DNA of 29,692 nucleotides from Planctomycetota bacterium (GTDB taxonomy: Bacteria > Planctomycetota > UBA1135 > GCA-002686595), in contig JAJFFA010001003.1 in NCBI GenBank assembly GCA_021776885.1, forward strand, positions 1 to 29,692, given 5' to 3'. The position numbers and the translations under genes are program-made. Positions 24,657 through 29,692 of the stretch are shown here, piece after piece. Under the pieces are notes generated by a model that was given only the letters and a program-made list of their open reading frames with translations, was not told the origin of the DNA and searched no databases. Numbering within the stretch: the first letter of the stretch is position 1; each line of letters opens with the position of its first letter.

Positions 24657-26146
24657 GACTGGGTCTGCAGCGCGGGTTCGCGCGGGGTCTCGACCTGCTC
24701 GAGGTCGTGGCCGATGATCTCGTACTCGTCGCGCAGGTAGCTCTCGGGGTCCTCCATGATGCGCCGCACCATCTCGCGCCGGCGCGTGAAGAGTTTCATC
24801 CCCGGCCACACGTCGAGGGCCAGGCGTGGGCGCTTGCGCAGGAAGCCCAGGCCCAGGGAGCCCCGGGTCGAGGCCATGGTGGCCTGGTTCCAGCGCGCGT
24901 AGTGCCGGTAGAACTCCGCCCGCGGCAGCTTGGTCGGCACCACGGCGTGCAACAGATCGAAGAGTCGCGCGTCGCGGGTCAAGAGCGTGTCGCCGGCCGC
25001 GCGGTACGACTGCGTGCCGGGCAGGGGCATGTGGATCACGACCAGCGGGATCGTGATCTTCATCTCGTTGATGGCGGCGTAGAGGCGCTCGAAGTCGGGC
25101 TCCTCGAACTCGGGGCGCACCATGAAGATGCCCGTGGTCAAGACTCCCGCGTCGTTGAGGAGCCTCGACGCGGCCAGGTTCTGCTCGCGCGTGGCGCCCT
25201 TCTCGAGGGAATCGAGCACGTCCTGGTCGTTGGTCTCGTAGCCCGAGAGCACCATGGAGAGCCCGGCCTTGGCGAAGCGCTTGACCAGGTCGGGGTTGTC
25301 GGCGACGAAGTCGGTGCGGCCCTGGATCATCCAGTGCTTCTTGACGCCGCGGCGCTCGATCTCGTCGAGCAGCTCCTCCATGCGCCCGCGGTGCGTCAGG
25401 AAGTTGTCGTCCAGGAAGAAGACGAACTTCTCCGGCGCCGCCTCCATGCGGTCGACGATCGCGCGGGCCGAGAGGAAGCGCACCTTCTTCTCGTAGAACT
25501 CCCAGATCGCGCAGAAGTTGCAGTCGAAGGCGCAGCCGCGGCTGGTCTGGATCGAGACCATGCCCTGCGCCGGGCCGAAGAAGTAGGCCCCGGCGTAGGC
25601 GTCGAGCAGGTCACGCGCGGGGGCCGGGAAGGTGTCGAGGGCTCGAGCCTGGCCGCGCTTGCCCGTCGCGATGCGCTCGTCGCCGCGCCGGAACTGCAGC
25701 CCGTCGATCCCGTCGAGGGCCTCGCGCTCGCCCCCCGCGGCCAGGTGCTCGACCAACTCCAGGAAGGTCTCCTCGCCCTCGCCGATGCAGATCGCGTCGA
25801 TGTAGGCCTCGTCGTGCTCCTCCGCGGCCAGGGTCGGGTGGTGCCCGCCGATCAGGGTGAAAACGCCGGAGCCGAGGATCGACTTGGCGCAGTGCAGGAC
25901 TGCCTTCGCCTGGTAGGCGTCGGTGGTCATCGACGTCACGCCGACGAGGTCGGGCCGGAACTCGTCGAGCACGCGCGGCAGGGCGTCGGCCTGCTCCAGG
26001 CGCATGTCGAGCACGCGCACCTCGTGTTCGTCGCGCACCATGGCGGCGAGGGAGGTCAAGGCCACGGGCTCGGACAGCCAGAGCACGTTCTCGAGGCCCA
26101 GGCGACCATTCTCGAAGGGGGAAGGTTGGACGAGGAGTAGGCGCAT
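24653..26146 (-). CDS. Cobalamin-binding radical SAM enzyme (HpnP/HpnR/BchE superfamily-like)
   Basis: LLVQPS...EPVALTSLAA, PDLVGVTSMT, GGHHPTL, CIGEGEE and QTSRGCAFDCNFC motifs. Confidence 0.92.
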   Translation of the reverse strand: MRLLLVQPSPFENGRLGLENVLWLSEPVALTSLAAMVRDEHEVRVLDMRLEQADALPRVLDEFRPDLVGVTSMTTDAYQAKAVLHCAKSILGSGVFTLIGGHHPTLAAEEHDEAYIDAICIGEGEETFLELVEHLAAGGEREALDGIDGLQFRRGDERIATGKRGQARALDTFPAPARDLLDAYAGAYFFGPAQGMVSIQTSRGCAFDCNFCAIWEFYEKKVRFLSARAIVDRMEAAPEKFVFFLDDNFLTHRGRMEELLDEIERRGVKKHWMIQGRTDFVADNPDLVKRFAKAGLSMVLSGYETNDQDVLDSLEKGATREQNLAASRLLNDAGVLTTGIFMVRPEFEEPDFERLYAAINEMKITIPLVVIHMPLPGTQSYRAAGDTLLTRDARLFDLLHAVVPTKLPRAEFYRHYARWNQATMASTRGSLGLGFLRKRPRLALDVWPGMKLFTRRREMVRRIMEDPESYLRDEYEIIGHDLEQVETPREPALQTQS

Positions 26147-26323
26147 GGGGGACGCTTGCGATCCGATGGGAAGCGAGGACGCTGCGAGTATGGAGCGCCG
26201 GCCCGGAACGATCGAGCGGATTCCTATCCGCGGCTATTCGGCGCGGCGCGGGGATCGGATGAGTCTCGCGGGGATAAGTCGGCCTGTGTGCATCCGGGCT
26301 GCCGCTCCGAGCGAAGTCCCGGG

Positions 26324-26337
26324 TAACCTTTAGAGGA
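26324..26337 (+). promoter_or_regulatory. Putative -10 (TAACCT) and SD (GAGGA) for the TIGR01777 gene
   Basis: gggTAACCTttaGAGGAgagttctgATG. Confidence 0.45.
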
Positions 26338-26345
26338 GAGTTCTG

Positions 26346-27248
26346 ATGCAAGTCTTGGTCACCGGTTCCAGCGGCCTCGTGGGCTCCGACCTCGTCCCGC
26401 GCCTCGAGCGCGCTGGACATGGCGTCTCACGCCTCGTGCGCCGGGCCCCGAGCGGCCCCGCCGAGGTCCAGTGGCAGCCCGAGCAGGGCCGGCTCGAGGC
26501 CTCGGACCTCGATCCCTTCGACGCTGTGATCCACCTGGCGGGCGAAGGCATCGCCAGCCGGCGCTGGAGCAGCGCGCAGAAGCAGCGCATCCGCGACAGC
26601 CGTGTCGACGGCACGCGGCTCCTGGCCGAGCGCATCGCCGCCGCCGGCTCGCCCCCGGGGGTGCTCGTCTGCGCCTCCGCGGTCGGGCTCTACGGGTCCC
26701 GGGCCGACGAGCTCTTGACCGAGGAGAGCGCGGCGGGGGAGGGCTTCCTGTCCGAGGTCTGCAGCGCCTGGGAAGCGGCCGCCGACCCGGCCCGTGCCGC
26801 GGGCACGCGCGTCGTGCACCTGCGCCTGGGCGTGGTCCTGTCCCCGTCCGGCGGTGCCCTGGGCAAGATGCTGCTGCCCTTCAAGCTGGGCCTGGGCGGA
26901 CGCCTGGGCAGCGGCGAGCAGTGGATGAGCTGGATCAGCCTCGACGACGTCTCGCGCGCCTTCGTGCACGCCCTGACGGACGCCGGTCTCGAGGGTGCGG
27001 TCAACGCCGTCGGCCCGGCGGCGGTGACCAACGCCGAGTTCACCAAGACCCTGGGCCGGGTGCTCGGCCGGCCGACGATCCTCCCCGTGCCCGCCTTCGC
27101 CGCACGCCTGGCGCTGGGCGAGATGGCCGACGAGCTGCTCCTCGGTGGCCAGCGCGTCCAGCCCGCACGCCTCGCCGCGACCGATTTCTCCTTCGAGCAC
27201 ACGACCCTCGAGGCGGCGCTGCGCCACGTGCTCGGCAAGCCCAATTGA
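26346..27248 (+). CDS. TIGR01777-family NAD-dependent epimerase/oxidoreductase (YfcH/SDR39U1-like)
   Basis: VLVTGSSGLVG, IHLAGEGIASRRW, SAVGLYG, GEGFLSEVCSAWE, GSGEQWMSWISLDD and VTNAEFTKTLG. Confidence 0.93.
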   Translation: MQVLVTGSSGLVGSDLVPRLERAGHGVSRLVRRAPSGPAEVQWQPEQGRLEASDLDPFDAVIHLAGEGIASRRWSSAQKQRIRDSRVDGTRLLAERIAAAGSPPGVLVCASAVGLYGSRADELLTEESAAGEGFLSEVCSAWEAAADPARAAGTRVVHLRLGVVLSPSGGALGKMLLPFKLGLGGRLGSGEQWMSWISLDDVSRAFVHALTDAGLEGAVNAVGPAAVTNAEFTKTLGRVLGRPTILPVPAFAARLALGEMADELLLGGQRVQPARLAATDFSFEHTTLEAALRHVLGKPN

Positions 27249-27850
27249 CGCGCCGTCCGATCCTCCTGATCGACGTGATGGACACGCTCGTGCGCGAGCC
27301 GTTCTACGACATCGTGCCGGCCTTCTTCGGCGTCTCGCTCGAGACGCTCCTGCGCGAGAAGCACCCCTCGGCCTGGGCCGAATTCGAGCGCGGTGAGATC
27401 GACGAGGCCGCCCTGCGCACGCGCTTCTTCCGCGATGGACGCGACTACGACCACGAGGGCATGAAGCGTGCGATGGTCGACGCCTACGCCTGGCTGCCGG
27501 GCATGCAGGAGCTCAGCGCGGAGCTGGCGTCCGCGGGCTTCGCGCTGCACGCCCTCTCGAACTACCCCGACTGGTACCGCCTGATCGAGGAGCGCCTGGC
27601 CCTCTCGCGCTTCGTCGCCTGGTCCTTCGTCTCCTGCGACATGGGCGTGCGCAAGCCCGACCCACGCGCCTACACCCTGCCCCTCGAGCGCCTCGGCGTC
27701 CCGGCCGAGGAGTGCCTCTTCATCGACGACCGCGCGGCCAACTGCGAGGCGGCGAGCGCCCTGGGCATCGACGCGATCCGCTTCACCGGCGCGCGCGAAT
27801 TGCGCTCGGTCCTGGCCCAGCGCGGGCTCCTCGCGGCGGCGCCCGGCTGA
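27245..27850 (+). CDS. HAD-superfamily phosphatase resembling plastid FMN hydrolase
   Basis: LLIDVMDTLVREPFY, ALSNYPDW, RKPDPRAY and LFIDDRAAN motifs. TTG start overlaps the upstream TGA (TTGA). Confidence 0.85.
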   Translation: MTRRPILLIDVMDTLVREPFYDIVPAFFGVSLETLLREKHPSAWAEFERGEIDEAALRTRFFRDGRDYDHEGMKRAMVDAYAWLPGMQELSAELASAGFALHALSNYPDWYRLIEERLALSRFVAWSFVSCDMGVRKPDPRAYTLPLERLGVPAEECLFIDDRAANCEAASALGIDAIRFTGARELRSVLAQRGLLAAAPG

Positions 27851-27900
27851 GGGCCTGGCTCGCTCGACAGGTGTCCCAAAGCGTGGTAGTCCTTGGGGTG

Positions 27901-29244
27901 ATGAAGCGTTTTCCTACCGCGCTCGCAGCGGGCCTCGCCAGCGGGATACTGACGCTCAGCGCCGCGGCCCAGCAGAACTTCCTGCTGCTCGTCGCGGACG
28001 ATATGGGGGTCGACCGGATCACGGCCTACGGCGAGTCCCCGACCCCGGGGCGCACGCCGAACCTCGACCGCCTCGCCGCGGGCGGAGTGCTGTTCCGGAA
28101 CGCCTGGGGGCGGCCCTTCTGTTCGCCCTCGCGGGCGACGCTGATGACCGGGCGCTACGGCTTCCGCTACGGCTGGGGCGCCAACCCCTCGAGCTCGCTC
28201 TCGGCCTTCGAGCTGGCCCTGGACGAGGTCACCCTGCCGGAGATGCTGTCCCAGGGCAGCGGCGGAGCCTACGCCAGCGTGGCCCTCGGGAAGTGGCACC
28301 TGGGACACCCCCTGGGCCTGGACGAGGGGCACCCCCAGGCCAGCGGCTTCGACTTCTACGCCGGCTCCCTGGCCAACTTGACCGGCGGGGGCTCGAGCTA
28401 CTTCCACTGGCCCAAGTCGATCAACGGCTGCAGCGAGGTCTTCGTCGACCGCTACGCGACCAGCGACACGGCGAACGATGCGGTGCGCATGGTACGCAGC
28501 CTGCCCGAGCCCTGGTTCGCCTACGTCGCCTTCCACGCGGCGCACCTGCCCTACCACGCGCCCCCGCCGCACCTGCACGGCTTCACGCTGAACGGCAACC
28601 CGGCGGACACGCCGGAGCTGCACCACAAGGCCATGGTGGAGGCCCTCGACACCGAGATCGGGCGCGTGCTCGAGGCTCTCGAGCCCGAGCTGCGTGCGCG
28701 CACGACCATCGTCTTCGTCGCCGACAACGGGACCCAGAACGACGCGGTCGAGGCGCCCTTCGTCGACGGGCACGGCAAGGGCACGACCTTCGAGGGCGGC
28801 CTCAACGTGCCGTTGATCGTCGAGGGCCCGGCGGTCGGCGCGCCGGGCTCGGAGTGCGGCGCCCTGGTGGACGTGGTCGACATCTTCGCCACCTTCGCCG
28901 AGCTGGCGGGCATCGACCCCTTGAGCGTCCTGCCCCCCGGGCGCGAGCTCGACTCGCAGAGCCTGGTGCCGTACCTGCTCGACCCGACCCAGCCGACGCG
29001 CCGCACCCACGTCTTCGCGGAGGAGTTCGAGCCCAACGGTGCGGGCCCCTACACCCTGATCAAGAAGGCGGTCCGTGGGCGCCGCTTCAAGTACGTCGAA
29101 CGCCAGGGCAACGGCCGCCTCTACGACCTCGAGAACGACCCCTTCGAGTCGACCAACCTGTTGCTGGGAGCGGGCCTCAACGGCCAGCAGCAGCGCGCCG
29201 TCCGCCAGCTCAAGGCCTGGATGGGCCGCCTGGGCGTGAACTGA
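27901..29244 (+). CDS. Secreted sulfatase (Cys-type, S1 family)
   Basis: Signal peptide MKRFPTALAAGLASGILTLSAAA, NFLLLVADDMG, FCSPSRATLMTGRY (CxPxR), LGKWHLG, FVADNGT and GKGTTFEGGLNVPLIV. Confidence 0.93.
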   Translation: MKRFPTALAAGLASGILTLSAAAQQNFLLLVADDMGVDRITAYGESPTPGRTPNLDRLAAGGVLFRNAWGRPFCSPSRATLMTGRYGFRYGWGANPSSSLSAFELALDEVTLPEMLSQGSGGAYASVALGKWHLGHPLGLDEGHPQASGFDFYAGSLANLTGGGSSYFHWPKSINGCSEVFVDRYATSDTANDAVRMVRSLPEPWFAYVAFHAAHLPYHAPPPHLHGFTLNGNPADTPELHHKAMVEALDTEIGRVLEALEPELRARTTIVFVADNGTQNDAVEAPFVDGHGKGTTFEGGLNVPLIVEGPAVGAPGSECGALVDVVDIFATFAELAGIDPLSVLPPGRELDSQSLVPYLLDPTQPTRRTHVFAEEFEPNGAGPYTLIKKAVRGRRFKYVERQGNGRLYDLENDPFESTNLLLGAGLNGQQQRAVRQLKAWMGRLGVN

Positions 29245-29256
29245 CCGGGTCTGGCC

Positions 29257-29628
29257 CTAGCCCTCGTCCCGCCAGACCTCGACCACCCGCTCGTCCGCGA
29301 ACTCGACGAAGACCGTGGCCGTGTCCTCTTCGTGCTTGTCCAGCGCGAAGACGAACAGGAACGCCCCGGTGCGGTTGGTCGAGCGGCGGTAGTACCAGCG
29401 CCACACCTCGCGCCCCTCGCCGCTGTCAGCCTTGGCGGTGGGCGGTCCGAAGAGGCCCGCCACGAACTCCTTGCTGGCGCCGGGCTCGACACGCTCCATG
29501 GTCGAGCTGCTGATCGGCCGCCCAGTGGAGTCCGAATCCTTCTTGACGTGAAACAAGCAGCCGGGAAGAAGCGCGCTGCAAAGCAACGCACCCACGAGAC
29601 GAATCCTGATATGCCGAATCGAGTTCAT
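29257..29628 (-). CDS. Lipoprotein, BamE/SmpA/OmlA-like domain
   Basis: Lipobox LLPGC; VEPGASKEFVAGLFGPP...EVWRWYY...VFVEFADERV. Alternative GTG start at 29631. Confidence 0.7.
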   Translation of the reverse strand: MNSIRHIRIRLVGALLCSALLPGCLFHVKKDSDSTGRPISSSTMERVEPGASKEFVAGLFGPPTAKADSGEGREVWRWYYRRSTNRTGAFLFVFALDKHEEDTATVFVEFADERVVEVWRDEG

Positions 29629-29634
29629 CACCCC

Positions 29635-29640
29635 AGCCTA
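29635..29640 (-). promoter_or_regulatory. Putative -10 hexamer TAGGCT, 6 nt before the lipoprotein ATG (leaderless-type)
   Basis: Minus strand reads catTAGGCTggggtgATG. Confidence 0.4.
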
Positions 29641-29672
29641 ATGGCGTACGGAGCCAGGCTCAATCTACCGGC

Positions 29673-29692
29673 AAAACGAGCCGGGCTCGTTT
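29673..29692 (-). terminator. Probable intrinsic terminator for a gene beyond the right edge
   Basis: Perfect 8-bp stem aaacgagc/gctcgttt with a 3-nt loop, ending in TTTT on the minus strand; cut by the window end. Confidence 0.5.

Noticed and set aside
7436-26146. Ladderane-type pathway (type II FAS plus B12-rSAM in a probable planctomycete)
   Set aside because: The FAS genes carry flexirubin/APE hallmarks (GT2-DUF2062, MMPL, deacetylase, C45), and the rSAM locus is separated from them by several unrelated genes. There is no direct support.
22054-26345. Search for a RiPP precursor peptide near the radical SAM genes
   Set aside because: No short ORF with a credible start signal and leader/core character in the 132-bp or 199-bp spacers, and neither rSAM shows an obvious SPASM or RRE signature.
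1-29692. CRISPR arrays, tRNA or rRNA genes
   Set aside because: No regularly spaced repeats or recognisable stable-RNA motifs were seen by eye; a tRNAscan/Infernal run would be needed to exclude them formally.

Overview
Very GC-rich bacterial DNA. A Planctomycetota origin is my inference, based on an ECF sigma factor fused to a membrane-anchored repeat module and a secreted Cys-type sulfatase. Positions 1-14487 hold a flexirubin/aryl-polyene-like type II FAS/PKS cluster on the minus strand: C45 Ntn-hydrolase, ACP, dehydratase, thioesterase, KS, KS-like partner, ACP, KS, CLF-like partner, polysaccharide deacetylase, GT2-DUF2062 and MMPL (running off the left edge). This operon is interrupted by an opposite-strand 3.5 kb cassette carrying a PrnC-type halogenase, a second FAD-dependent halogenase-like enzyme, parD and a truncated parE. 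The cassette is bounded by an interrupted 17-bp inverted repeat. Flipping it in silico gives a seamless co-oriented operon at both junctions, so it is a candidate invertible or inverted halogenation cassette. The middle has a Cys-less rhodanese, a sodium:solute symporter with an unusual 61-aa insertion and the ECF sigma fusion. Positions 20088-26146 hold a second uncharacterised minus-strand locus: B12-radical SAM, heme-oxygenase-like diiron enzyme, B12-radical SAM, then an HMG-CoA-reductase-like gene coupled to DUF374. The right end has a TIGR01777 SDR, an FMN-hydrolase-like HAD, a sulfatase and a BamE/SmpA-like lipoprotein. No rRNA, tRNA, CRISPR array, transposase or integrase was recognised. 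Family assignments come from motifs read by eye and remembered family sequences, not from database searches.
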